Source: an uncultured Gammaproteobacteria bacterium | Lineage (GTDB): Bacteria > Patescibacteriota > Microgenomatia > UBA10105 > UBA927 | Length of the DNA stretch: 64,000 bases | Assembly: GCA_964515005.1 (NCBI GenBank) | Contig: CAZEVT010000001.1 | Span: forward strand, 125,521-189,520 | Direction: 5' to 3' | Part shown: positions 1-11,243 of the stretch, one piece after another | Numbering within the stretch: position 1 is the first letter of the stretch | Layout of the letters: every line of letters starts with the position of its first letter | Notes under the pieces: generated by a model | Databases searched by the model: none | Told to the model about the DNA's origin: nothing | What the model saw: only the letters and a program-made list of their open reading frames with translations | Position numbers and translations under genes: made by a program

Positions 1-607
1 TTTTATCCTGTCGGCGATATTTCTTCTTTTGCAGTATTCCTACACGCTATTTCTTAAACACATAAGCGTCATTGATATTCTTACGATCACCACCGCATAT
101 TTTTTACGCGTCTATGCGGGTGAGGCGGCAACAGGTTTTCACATCTCAGTATGGCTCGCCCTTGCCGCCCTGTCTCTTGCTCTTTTTCTTGCTGTCGGAA
201 AACGCAGAGCCGAACTGACGCTTATCCAGGGATACAAAGGAGTAGTCCCGCAAGACACCAGGACCACGCTTTCCCACTATTCAGAAAGACTTCTTGATAC
301 GTACACGGCAATGTTTGCCAATAGTACGTTTATCACCTACGCCTTCTATACGTTCCTGGAGCGGCCGGCAATACCCGGGCTTTTTTTCCGAAACTACTCC
401 GACTTTGCACTCGACATCTCTGGGCGCAAATGGCTCATGGCATCCATACCGTTTGTGCTTTTCGGGATCATGCGCTATATGCAGCTCATCTATGAAGGGA
501 AAGGGGAATCACCGGAAAAACTCCTCACGACTGATCTGCCGCTTTTGACGACCATTATCTTATGGTCCTCATCCATCTTCCTCATCATCTACGGCATCGG
601 GGGGTAA
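1..607 (+). CDS. Polytopic membrane protein, 3' fragment of a gene that starts upstream of the window; possibly a UbiA-family prenyltransferase
   Basis: The ORF runs off the window start. Several hydrophobic helices are visible (LALAALSLALFLAV, IPFVLFGIMRY). The UbiA assignment is tentative because no Asp-rich motif is visible in the fragment. Confidence 0.4.
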   Translation, partial: FILSAIFLLLQYSYTLFLKHISVIDILTITTAYFLRVYAGEAATGFHISVWLALAALSLALFLAVGKRRAELTLIQGYKGVVPQDTRTTLSHYSERLLDTYTAMFANSTFITYAFYTFLERPAIPGLFFRNYSDFALDISGRKWLMASIPFVLFGIMRYMQLIYEGKGESPEKLLTTDLPLLTTIILWSSSIFLIIYGIGG

Positions 608-608
608 G

Positions 609-1478
609 TTACTCTACTTTCTCAACATACTGGCCGGACACCCAACCGGTATTGGTGCCGTCGTAGGCAATCTGGTACCATCCGTTTTTGCTATCTTCTA
701 CGTGGAATTTATCCCCCGGATTCACGCGAGCCGCCTCCGTTGCCGTCGTTGTCGGCTCCTCGCGTACCCGCAAAAATCCAGTCGGCGTATCTTTGATCGT
801 AATGAATGGTTTGGCGGGATCGGCAGAAGATGTCGCTGATTTTGTCGGAGTCGGGGCAATGGTACCGCTTAGCGTGGGCGTTGCCGTTGCCTCCGGTGGG
901 GTTCCGGATGACAAACCTAGCTTCATCGTCACAATGACCCGATATCCCGGCGTAGTTTTGATCTTTAATGTCCGCGTCAAAAACCCGACACTGGCGACTG
1001 TTACGGTATGATCACCCGGCGATATATCTGAAAGTGAAAGTGGCGTCACGCCGCGGGTAATATCATCAACAAGCACGTTTGCCCCGTCGGGACTTGTCGT
1101 TACGGAAAGCTCGGACTCTTTACTGGAAATTTTCTCAAGCCACAATACGTCAACCGCGGACGAAAGCTCGGACTCGTTGAGGTTTGCATTTACATAGGTC
1201 AACAAATTCGGACCCACGACAATATTTCCTTCCCAGCTTGCAAGCTGTTTTGTTGTTGATTCAGGGACGAGTTTGATGGTGTAGGAGCCGGCATCGACTT
1301 TGTCTCTGAATGGTGAACTTCGAAGGTTCTTGCTATCTAAAAATATGGCGGCAGTGGGGCTACTGTCGACGCGTAGTTCTCCTTGTTTTGTGCCTCGTCC
1401 GGTCAAGGCTTTGACGACAAGGGCAACAATAAGAACGAGTCCGATGAGGCTTACTAAAAAGGCAATTTTCCGCTTCAT
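609..1478 (-). CDS. Membrane-anchored secreted protein with PEGA-like and C-terminal SH3b-like domains
   Basis: N-terminal TM helix (IAFLVSLIGLVLIVALVV). PEGA-like segment GANVLVDDITRGVTPLSLSDISPGDHTVTV. C-terminal GWYQIAYDGTNTGWVSGQYV resembles bacterial SH3. Confidence 0.5.
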   Translation of the reverse strand: MKRKIAFLVSLIGLVLIVALVVKALTGRGTKQGELRVDSSPTAAIFLDSKNLRSSPFRDKVDAGSYTIKLVPESTTKQLASWEGNIVVGPNLLTYVNANLNESELSSAVDVLWLEKISSKESELSVTTSPDGANVLVDDITRGVTPLSLSDISPGDHTVTVASVGFLTRTLKIKTTPGYRVIVTMKLGLSSGTPPEATATPTLSGTIAPTPTKSATSSADPAKPFITIKDTPTGFLRVREEPTTTATEAARVNPGDKFHVEDSKNGWYQIAYDGTNTGWVSGQYVEKVE

Positions 1479-1555
1479 GTGTAGCGATCATAGCACACCA
1501 ACACAATCCGAAGCAACTTGACTGGAGCCTATAGTTATGGTATGATTGACAACTC

Positions 1556-2161
1556 ATGAAAAAGCTTCTCATAGAAGTTGTAGCCTGGCTTACGAAAAAG
1601 ACAAGAGGCAGCAACCATATTAGCTTTTGGCTTCGAAAACGCCTGGATAGCCTCAACCTGAAGCAGGTTTTGGGGGTAAATCTGGCCGGCATGGCCTTCG
1701 CCGTCGCCATCGTCATCCCGCAAACGAGTGATGTTATGTCTGCCTGGGAGGTAACCCGTGAGGTGCCGGATGTCATTATCGGCCCCGAACAGTCAGCCAC
1801 CCAGTGGCCACTCAAATCATTCGGGCTTTCCCAGGGATTTTCCTATGGTCATCCCGGAGTGGATTTAACCGCTCCCCTTGGCTCACCGGTATACCCGATT
1901 ACAGGCGGAACAGTCCAGTGGGTTGAGTATCAATACTACGGCTATGGCAAACACTTGCTTATCAAACAGAACGATCAGATACAGTCGCTGTATGCTCACT
2001 TGTCTGCAATTACCGTGAGACCTGGTCAACACGTGGAAAAAACAACGAAGATCGGTGAGGTCGGTCACACAGGTTGGGCCACCGGCAATCATGTACATTT
2101 GGAAACGTATCTAGATGGCGTCCCCGTCAACCCGAGGGAAATTTTACCGAACATCAAATAG
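1556..2161 (+). CDS. M23 family metallopeptidase (LytM-like peptidoglycan hydrolase)
   Basis: Motifs HPGVDL, GYGKHLLIKQND and GHTGWATGNHVHLE fit the HxxxD / HxH zinc site of M23 peptidases. Confidence 0.85.
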   Translation: MKKLLIEVVAWLTKKTRGSNHISFWLRKRLDSLNLKQVLGVNLAGMAFAVAIVIPQTSDVMSAWEVTREVPDVIIGPEQSATQWPLKSFGLSQGFSYGHPGVDLTAPLGSPVYPITGGTVQWVEYQYYGYGKHLLIKQNDQIQSLYAHLSAITVRPGQHVEKTTKIGEVGHTGWATGNHVHLETYLDGVPVNPREILPNIK

Positions 2162-2596
2162 TTACTTGATTCTCTTGTCCATCCATTGGAATACGAAACC
2201 CTTTTTGAATCCTTCGTGCGTATAAAATTCCTGCGCTTCTTTGTTATCCGCCTCAGCCAACACCGCGATCATGCCATATCCTCTCTTTTTGAGTAAACGT
2301 ACAGCTTGAGCAAGTAAGGCTTTTCCAATTCCCTGTCCACGGTAGTCTTTTGAAACAAAAAGCGAAGAACAGTAGGACCAATCACGCATGCCATGGACAA
2401 GACACATGCCCACAAGGGTTTTCCCGTCTTTTGCTACTAAAATAATGTCCCGCTGGGGATCTTTAATCCATCCTTCGATCGTTTTTTTAGGATACCAACT
2501 CTCCCGATCGCTTGCCCACAGCTCATGATTCGATTTGCCCCATGCAACCATCGTGGGAACATCAGAAATTTTTGGAGTACCAATTGTTATTTTCAT
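2162..2596 (-). CDS. GNAT family N-acetyltransferase
   Basis: RGQGIGKALLAQAVRLLKKRGYGMIAVLA is the acetyl-CoA binding motif A of the GNAT family. Confidence 0.75.
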   Translation of the reverse strand: MKITIGTPKISDVPTMVAWGKSNHELWASDRESWYPKKTIEGWIKDPQRDIILVAKDGKTLVGMCLVHGMRDWSYCSSLFVSKDYRGQGIGKALLAQAVRLLKKRGYGMIAVLAEADNKEAQEFYTHEGFKKGFVFQWMDKRIK

Positions 2597-2626
2597 ATTG
2601 TTTGTCTAAGCCACATATATCTTCTA

Positions 2627-3265
2627 TTATATCTTTCTTGCGAAACTTGAAATCCAAACTAAATCTCGACGCCCATGCCGTCGAATTTCTTCATTCCACG
2701 GATATATATCCTCAATAATAAATCCAGCATTTTCTTCCATTTTTTTTAATTCATCAATCGTGAAGTACGTAAAATGTCTCACTGTGTTAGACGATAATTT
2801 TTCTGCAACATCCGCTTCTCCTCTTCCCTCTTTAACCAAAATAAACAGAACACCGTTCTCTTTTAAGAAATTATTAAAACTACGTAATACGGCTAGAATT
2901 TCTTCTCTTCGGAGATGTAACAGCGAAGCGCAGGCCCAAATTCCATCGAATGAAGAGGGGGGAAATTTCAGTTTGCGTAAATCCTGTTTCAAAAATTCTA
3001 CTTGTGGAATTCTCTTTTTCGCTATCTCTAACAACTTTTTCGATAAATCTACTCCGACGACTTTCAACCCATGTTGAAAGAAGTATTCACTATCTCTCCC
3101 TGGTCCACAACCGGCATCAAGAATGCTGGCAGATTTTGGTAAAAGGGAAATAAAGGTATTTCGTTCAGGTCTCGGCGCGTAATCATCCAGCTTGCTTGCG
3201 TAGTCATCAGCTATTGCGTCATAGACAGCAATTGTCTTTTTAACGTGATCATCTATCATATCCAC
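2627..3265 (-). CDS. Class I SAM-dependent methyltransferase
   Basis: Motif I ILDAGCGPGRDSEYF followed by VVGVDLS. Confidence 0.8.
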   Translation of the reverse strand: MDMIDDHVKKTIAVYDAIADDYASKLDDYAPRPERNTFISLLPKSASILDAGCGPGRDSEYFFQHGLKVVGVDLSKKLLEIAKKRIPQVEFLKQDLRKLKFPPSSFDGIWACASLLHLRREEILAVLRSFNNFLKENGVLFILVKEGRGEADVAEKLSSNTVRHFTYFTIDELKKMEENAGFIIEDIYPWNEEIRRHGRRDLVWISSFARKI

Positions 3266-3282
3266 ATTCTACCAAAAACCCC

Positions 3283-3310
3283 GCCGGCTGGCGGGGTAAC
3301 CCCACTTCGC
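3283..3310 (-). terminator. Rho-independent terminator downstream of groEL
   Basis: aaaaaccccgccggctggcggggtaacccc forms a GC hairpin preceded by an A-run on the plus strand, which is a U-run after the hairpin on the minus strand. Confidence 0.55.
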
Positions 3311-3336
3311 TAAAGCTTCGAGGGGTTTCGCTTCGC

Positions 3337-5315
<1,979 letters not shown>

Positions 5316-5345
5316 AGAATATTTCTCCTTCCCTTGAAACGGATT

Positions 5346-5372
5346 TTATCACTCTTTAGAAGTGACTGCTAT
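5346..5372 (-). promoter_or_regulatory. CIRCE-like inverted repeat (candidate HrcA operator) upstream of groES
   Basis: On the coding strand, aTAGCAgTC-N9-GAGTGaTAA compares with CIRCE TTAGCACTC-N9-GAGTGCTAA. It lies about 30 bp upstream of the groES ATG. Confidence 0.4.
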
Positions 5373-5373
5373 T

Positions 5374-5577
5374 TTATCTCCCGTAGAATATCCTGTCAAG
5401 GGGGATATTGTGGCGTGAGAGGCGCGTAGCGAGCTTCCGCTTGATCCATACCCGTGCGTCCTTGGGATGGAAACGGATCACCGTATCGGTAATAACCTCT
5501 TCTGTCCGGTGCCGCCGCATGTACCATAGCTGCACAAATTTTGCCAAAGGTTCAAAAAGTCTAAAAAGTATATTCAT
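5374..5577 (-). CDS. Small basic hypothetical protein (67 aa) overlapping the upstream gene by 4 nt
   Basis: The ORF overlaps the stop of the upstream gene at ATGA. No recognisable domain; it may not be a real gene. Confidence 0.3.
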   Translation of the reverse strand: MNILFRLFEPLAKFVQLWYMRRHRTEEVITDTVIRFHPKDARVWIKRKLATRLSRHNIPLDRIFYGR

Positions 5578-6197
5578 ATGTTATTCCTATACTGCCATGC
5601 GTTAGGTAAGTATTTTCGTACCCACGTGTTTGCCTGTAAGAATCTTCTGTATGTCTTTTCCCGATCAAATATGGGCTGCATTTGGAGGACTTCGTGCGCG
5701 GTAAACACATCGCGCTCTTTTTGGGGAAGGGCAAGTGCTCCCTCGGTCATGAACATATTGAGGCACACTTTATCGGTGATATTCCTGTCCCCCGGCCTAC
5801 GGCGGAGGCCAAAAACATCCATAAGCAGCGTCGCCATGAGCCGAGTGACCCACAGCGTGCCTCCTGCAACCACGAAAAATAGATCAATGTCATCCTTGCG
5901 CCCAGCGTTATTCATCGCCAGTCCGCCGGTGACGCCAATGAGATTGATCGTTGGAATCCGCGAAAGGGCGGCTGCCGCCCGGCGCGCAATGATCCACTTC
6001 TTCTCCTGCCACGGAGCTTTTTTTTTCCAGATTTTTACCAGACGCTTTCGCCCGCGAAGCACAATATATCCATCGGTCACATCGATACCCGCAGTGAGCT
6101 TCGGACGGGAAGAAAAAAGCGACCAGAGATGAAATTCTTTGCGTGTTAAGGGATATTCAAAAATATCCGCATAGCATACAGTAGCCAGAGCGTTCAT
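5574..6197 (-). CDS. Pol-beta-like nucleotidyltransferase-fold protein
   Basis: GVTGGLAMNNAGRKDDIDLFFVV matches the G[SG]-x9-13-DxD signature of the nucleotidyltransferase superfamily. Confidence 0.5.
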   Translation of the reverse strand: MNALATVCYADIFEYPLTRKEFHLWSLFSSRPKLTAGIDVTDGYIVLRGRKRLVKIWKKKAPWQEKKWIIARRAAAALSRIPTINLIGVTGGLAMNNAGRKDDIDLFFVVAGGTLWVTRLMATLLMDVFGLRRRPGDRNITDKVCLNMFMTEGALALPQKERDVFTAHEVLQMQPIFDREKTYRRFLQANTWVRKYLPNAWQYRNNI

Positions 6198-7919
6198 TTA
6201 TGGGGTAGTAGCTGGGGCAGCACCGGTAGACAGTCCGTAACTCGTCAGTACCTGCTTAAATCCTGCCGATGCTGTTTCAAGGGCGGCAACCGGTGCGGCG
6301 CCGGTGGCCAGGGAGTTGATGGCATCTTCCATGTATTTGATAAGCTTATCGTTTAACCCGTTATCAAACGTCCGGGAAGCAAGCGGGAATGATTTTGCCG
6401 TTCCCGCCTGTTTTACATATGCCCCGGCATAGGGGTCATCGGCAATCGTCGTTCCCAATTCCACCCGCGCATACGGCTCGCCAAAGAGTCGCGTCTTGGC
6501 CGCTTCCGTGTACAGTTTTGTTGCAGATTCGCGGCTGGTGAGATATTTGACAAATGCCCATGACTGTTCCGGGTTTTTTGATTTGGTCGACACGCCCTCC
6601 ACCCAATACGACGCCCACGTGACGGTATTTCCGGGCAGCTGCGGCACCGGGACGATTTTAAACTTCAGAGTGGGACTTATCTGCTTTATATCAAACGCCC
6701 GCCAGGACGGCGCGATGATCATGGCCACTCGCCCGGTTGCAAACGCATAGATTGAATTATCCATGGCTGCGCTCCAGGTATAGACCGGATCAGAGGGACT
6801 GGCAAACTTCCGGTAAAAAAGGAGTGTATCCTCGGCTTCCTTGCCGACCGGATTTGCAGGCCTGGCCCCATTTTGCATGAACATGAGTGCCAGAATGTCG
6901 CTGAAGTTCTCAACGTTTCCGGTCGTCCCCAGGGCTATTGCCGATTTTTGGATTTCGGTTTCGGTTTTCACCGTGAGCTTTGGCACAACATCCAGAAGCT
7001 CGGGCCAGGTGGTCGGTGGGGTTACCCCCGCGGTAGAAAGCAGCTCTTCATTATAGTACAGCCCCAGACCGTCCATCATGATGGGAATCCCGTAAATAGA
7101 CTCACCCCCCACAAGATCCGCAACGGCGACGGGATAAAAGGCAGAGCCAAACTCTGCAGTCGTCATGACGTCTGCAGGAGCGGGCATGAGTTCGTTTCGC
7201 AGCATCGGCACCCACGTGTTGTGAAACCGAAACACGTCAGGCCCTTCTCCGCGGGCAATTGCCGCCTGCAGCCGCTCCCGATATTGACGGGGAGATTGCT
7301 TCACATATTGCACTTTGATCTTGGGGTTTTGCGTTTCAAAGTCCGTCAAGAGAGTTTTGACGGTGGTGTCGTTTTCCCATAGTCCCCAATACGTAATCGT
7401 CACTTCTTTGGCCCCACCAAAGGAATCCCACGCAAACTTGCCACCGACGGCAAGTCCAGCCAAAACCAAAAGGATAATAAGAAGGGTTGAAATACGTTGA
7501 AGCATCGACTTGCCGGCCGGAGCAGCGGGAGGAACTCCCGGAGTCTCTCCGGCAACATTTTGTGGAATAAACGGATTTTCTGCGGAGCTCGGTGGAATAA
7601 CCAGCGTTTCCCCCGTCGCGGGGGTGGGCGGCGAGGCAGTATCGGAAGGCGGGGGCGGTGATTCAGTGGTGGGAGGCGGTTCGGCGGCCGGCATAGACAT
7701 ATCGCTTGGAGATGGAGTCAGTGTTCCCGAAGGAGGAGCTCCCCAGCTGGGCGCTGGAGGCTCGACTGCCGGAGGCTCTCCCGCCGGTGGTTCCGCCGCT
7801 GGAGCCTCACCTATTACTGGTTCGGCTGCAGGCGGGGTGGCCGGAGGCTCAGGAGAAACATCTCCCGCAGGAGGCGGGCCTAGGGGGTCTTGGGCTGGCG
7901 GCGGTGTTAAATCATCCAT
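6198..7919 (-). CDS. ABC transporter substrate-binding protein (family 1, sugar-type) with a ~140 aa Pro-rich N-terminal region and a single TM anchor
   Basis: ITYWGLWENDTTVKTLLTDFETQNPKIKVQY is SBP-like. The N-terminus is PPAQDPLGPPPAGD...EPPAGEPPAVEPPAP, followed by the TM helix ISTLLIILLVLAGLAVGG. Confidence 0.75.
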   Translation of the reverse strand: MDDLTPPPAQDPLGPPPAGDVSPEPPATPPAAEPVIGEAPAAEPPAGEPPAVEPPAPSWGAPPSGTLTPSPSDMSMPAAEPPPTTESPPPPSDTASPPTPATGETLVIPPSSAENPFIPQNVAGETPGVPPAAPAGKSMLQRISTLLIILLVLAGLAVGGKFAWDSFGGAKEVTITYWGLWENDTTVKTLLTDFETQNPKIKVQYVKQSPRQYRERLQAAIARGEGPDVFRFHNTWVPMLRNELMPAPADVMTTAEFGSAFYPVAVADLVGGESIYGIPIMMDGLGLYYNEELLSTAGVTPPTTWPELLDVVPKLTVKTETEIQKSAIALGTTGNVENFSDILALMFMQNGARPANPVGKEAEDTLLFYRKFASPSDPVYTWSAAMDNSIYAFATGRVAMIIAPSWRAFDIKQISPTLKFKIVPVPQLPGNTVTWASYWVEGVSTKSKNPEQSWAFVKYLTSRESATKLYTEAAKTRLFGEPYARVELGTTIADDPYAGAYVKQAGTAKSFPLASRTFDNGLNDKLIKYMEDAINSLATGAAPVAALETASAGFKQVLTSYGLSTGAAPATTP

Positions 7920-8017
7920 AAGTACTGTGCCCTCTTATAGTAGGTGAGTCCGGGCATCTTCCCATCTAATCAGCTTTTTCGCCCCGACGTTACGTCGGGA
8001 CTGCAAACCTGAATAAG

Positions 8018-9439
8018 ATGGTAATATATAATCATCATACCATGAGCGGAATAAAGCACAATACAAAAAATCTATTCGGTTGGCTCCATGCGCTTTTTTG
8101 GGTCGGTATCATCATCCTTCTTCTTTTGGCCGCCGCCGCTTCTCTTTTTGAAAAACGCTATGAGGGGAAAATTTACCCCAACGTGACGGTCGATGGGTTA
8201 GCATTCGGAGGAAAAACAGCCCAGGAGGTGCAGGCACACTGGCTTACCCAAAACGTTCCGTTTGAGACCGTTCAGTTTGAACTGAGCTATGACGGAAAAA
8301 TCGCGACCGTTTCCGGATCAGATCTGGGCCTCGGATACGACGCCACGCTATCGGCAACCCAGGCATATCTCATCGGCAGGTCTCCCAGCCAGCTGACGAA
8401 CATGTACATGATGCTCACCCAAACTCTGGTCAATCTGGCGCCGCTCTTCCGCTGGAACAAAGAGTTTGTGAGTGAAACACTGGAACAAATTGCCGAAGAT
8501 GTAGACGAGCCGGTCGAAGATGCGCTCTTCCGGTTTGAAAACGGCAAGGTCACCGCATTTCGTCCGGCCGCAAACGGCGCCAAGCTGAACAAAGAAGAAT
8601 CGCGCCTGCGCCTGGCGGTTGCATTTGAAACTGCAGCGCGCACCGGTCAAACCCGGGTATCCATTCCCATGCCTGTCGAAACCGTCTACCCGAGCATAAG
8701 CACAGACAAGGCCAACACATTCGGAATTAAAGAGCTTGTCGGCACCGGATATTCCCAGTTTGCCGGGTCGATTGCGGGAAGAATTCACAACATAGCACTT
8801 GCCGCCGGGCGCATAAACGGCATCCTCATCAAACCCGGGGAAACGTTTTCTTTTAACGACGCTGTGGGTGATATATCTGCCGCCACCGGCTATCAATCGG
8901 CATATATTATCAAAGAAGGTCGTACGGTCCTGGGAGACGGCGGCGGCGTGTGTCAGGTTTCAAGTACGTTGTTCCGAGCGGCGCTCGCCGCGGGGCTTCC
9001 TATTGTAGAACGCACCGCGCACGCCTACCGCGTCCACTTTTATGAAGACGGGGGATTCAAGCCAGGACTTGATGCCACCGTATTTGGCCCAACGGTAGAC
9101 TTGAAATTCAAAAACGATACACCCGGGTATCTCCTTATCCAGGCAAAGACGAATCTCAAGAATCTCACGCTCACGTTTGAGATTTACGGCACAAATGACG
9201 GGAGAACCGCGCAAATTAGCAATCATAAAGTAGGAGGGCTTGTCCCGCCGCCGGAGCCTCTCTACCAGGACGATCCGACCCTCCCAAAAGGAACGACAAA
9301 ACAGGTAGACTGGGCGGCATGGGGAACGAAGGCATCGTTTGACTACGACGTCACGCGCGGGGACGAAGTCTTACAAGATACGACGTTCTATTCGAACTTC
9401 CGTCCGTGGCAGGCCGTGTACTTGAGAGGAACCCTATGA
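8018..9439 (+). CDS. VanW-like protein (putative peptidoglycan-binding domain plus VanW domain), membrane anchored
   Basis: N-terminal TM helix. The C-terminal region GYQSAYIIKEGRTVLGDGGGVCQVSSTLFRAALAAGLPIVERTAH is typical of VanW. Confidence 0.75.
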   Translation: MVIYNHHTMSGIKHNTKNLFGWLHALFWVGIIILLLLAAAASLFEKRYEGKIYPNVTVDGLAFGGKTAQEVQAHWLTQNVPFETVQFELSYDGKIATVSGSDLGLGYDATLSATQAYLIGRSPSQLTNMYMMLTQTLVNLAPLFRWNKEFVSETLEQIAEDVDEPVEDALFRFENGKVTAFRPAANGAKLNKEESRLRLAVAFETAARTGQTRVSIPMPVETVYPSISTDKANTFGIKELVGTGYSQFAGSIAGRIHNIALAAGRINGILIKPGETFSFNDAVGDISAATGYQSAYIIKEGRTVLGDGGGVCQVSSTLFRAALAAGLPIVERTAHAYRVHFYEDGGFKPGLDATVFGPTVDLKFKNDTPGYLLIQAKTNLKNLTLTFEIYGTNDGRTAQISNHKVGGLVPPPEPLYQDDPTLPKGTTKQVDWAAWGTKASFDYDVTRGDEVLQDTTFYSNFRPWQAVYLRGTL

Positions 9440-9855
9440 AAAAAATAGTACTTGTCGGCGGGTGTTTTGATGTGCTTCACTTCGGACACATAAAATTTCT
9501 CGAGCAAGCAAAAGCGCAGGGAGGTGCGCTCGTTGTGCTTCTGGAATCCGATGAAAAAGTCCGGGCGATGAAAGGTGATACACGCCCCATCCACTCGCAG
9601 GAGCAGCGCAAAGCCATGCTTGAAGCGCTTTCCTGTGTCGACGAAGTCGTCATGCTTCCTGCGGTCACCACCGATATATATTACAAAGAACTCATTGACC
9701 GGATGAAGCCCTCTGTCATTGCGGTGACGGAGGGCGATCCCATTCTTGAAAAGAAACGAACACAAGCCGAAGCAATCGGAGCAACACTCGTTGTCGTCCC
9801 CAAAATCCACACTCCATCGACAAGCCAACTGGCCAAACTTCTTGATCTGGAATAG
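9436..9855 (+). CDS. Cytidylyltransferase-like nucleotidyltransferase with HxGH motif (TagD/RfaE domain II-like)
   Basis: KIVLVGGCFDVLHFGHIKFLEQA. The start ATG overlaps the VanW stop (ATGA). Confidence 0.7.
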   Translation: MKKIVLVGGCFDVLHFGHIKFLEQAKAQGGALVVLLESDEKVRAMKGDTRPIHSQEQRKAMLEALSCVDEVVMLPAVTTDIYYKELIDRMKPSVIAVTEGDPILEKKRTQAEAIGATLVVVPKIHTPSTSQLAKLLDLE

Positions 9856-10209
9856 TTAAGAAGCAATAAAAATAATCCCGGTGTCTTCCATAATATTTGG
9901 AGCTTCTATGGAAACACTATTTACTGTACCCCCACCACCTTCCCCCTTCAACCCCACGATATATGTCTCAAAACCTTTTCCAAGAGCTTCACGAAATGGA
10001 ATTGCTTCTCTTGCTTGTTCCGTAGCTACGGGTAACAACGAAGATGTGTCTTCGTCTAGAGGAACCCGGGTAAAAAACCGATATCCTGATTTACCCTCTA
10101 ATGGAATCCTCTGGGATGGAAATGCAAATGGCACCAAAACGCCGTCCCCTTTTCCCACATGTTCAACTAGTACGACGCCAGACTCGGGTTTATTTTCAAT
10201 TGTAATCAT
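9856..10209 (-). CDS. Hypothetical protein (117 aa)
   Basis: ORF only. A Gly-rich segment GLKGEGGGGT is the only feature. Confidence 0.3.
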   Translation of the reverse strand: MITIENKPESGVVLVEHVGKGDGVLVPFAFPSQRIPLEGKSGYRFFTRVPLDEDTSSLLPVATEQAREAIPFREALGKGFETYIVGLKGEGGGGTVNSVSIEAPNIMEDTGIIFIAS

Positions 10210-10277
10210 ACGAACTTTCTGCCTGAGATTATAGCATATTACGCATTACAACAAGATTTTTTGTACAATACAGATAC

Positions 10278-11243
10278 ATGAAAATACTTGCGCTAGAAAC
10301 CAGTTGTGACGAAACGGCAGCAGCAGTCGTTGAGGATGGAGTCAAAATACTAAGTAACGTGGTGGCTTCATCAACGGCGATGCATGCGAAGTACGGCGGG
10401 ATTGTCCCGGAAGTGGCGGCCCGCGAACAGCTCAAGTGCATGATCCCGACACTAGAAGAAGCGTTAAAAGGACAGCAGTATGACGCAATCGCAGTAACGG
10501 TTGGACCGGGACTCATTGGCTCGCTTCTCGTCGGCGTGGAAACCGCAAAAACCCTAAGCATGGTGACAGGGAAACCCGTCATTCCCGTCAACCATGTCCT
10601 TGCGCACATGTACGCAAATTTCATCCCGAGCGAAGTCGAGGGATCTATTCAATTTCCCGCCATCTCCCTGGTCGTTTCCGGCGGACATACGGAACTTTTC
10701 CTGATGAAATCGACGAAGAATTTGCAGTGGCTCGGTGGAACCCTTGATGACGCGGCGGGAGAAGCGTTTGATAAAACCGCGCGACTTTTGGGATTTAGAA
10801 ACCGGGGAGGACTAGCCATTCAGGAACATGCAAAAAAATCTGCACTCGTACCAAAACTTCCGCGCCCGCTCATGTACGATAAAACGCTAAATTTTTCGTT
10901 CTCTGGGCTTAAAACGGCTATCATTCGCGAATGGAAAAAACAAGAACTTCATGACAAAGCATATATTGCGGGACTGGCTTATGAAGTGCAGGAGGCAATT
11001 ACCGATGTGTTAGAGGCAAAAACAAAAAATGCAGCAGAACAATACGGAGCGAAAAGTATTTTGATTTCCGGCGGCGTTGCGGCAAATCTTCGTCTTAGAG
11101 AAAAATTACCGTCCGCAATTGCCCCAACAATAAATTTATGCACCGACAATGCCGTCTACATCGCAAGCTATGCCTTTTTTAGGGGAACACCAGTGGATTG
11201 GCACAAGATTACTGCAGTTCCGGATCTTTCTGTTGAAGTATAG
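10278..11243 (+). CDS. tsaD: tRNA N6-adenosine threonylcarbamoyltransferase TsaD (Kae1/Gcp family)
   Basis: MKILALETSCDETAAAVVEDG, HAKYGGIVPEVAAREQ and SLVVSGGHTEL are hallmark motifs. Confidence 0.9.
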   Translation: MKILALETSCDETAAAVVEDGVKILSNVVASSTAMHAKYGGIVPEVAAREQLKCMIPTLEEALKGQQYDAIAVTVGPGLIGSLLVGVETAKTLSMVTGKPVIPVNHVLAHMYANFIPSEVEGSIQFPAISLVVSGGHTELFLMKSTKNLQWLGGTLDDAAGEAFDKTARLLGFRNRGGLAIQEHAKKSALVPKLPRPLMYDKTLNFSFSGLKTAIIREWKKQELHDKAYIAGLAYEVQEAITDVLEAKTKNAAEQYGAKSILISGGVAANLRLREKLPSAIAPTINLCTDNAVYIASYAFFRGTPVDWHKITAVPDLSVEV

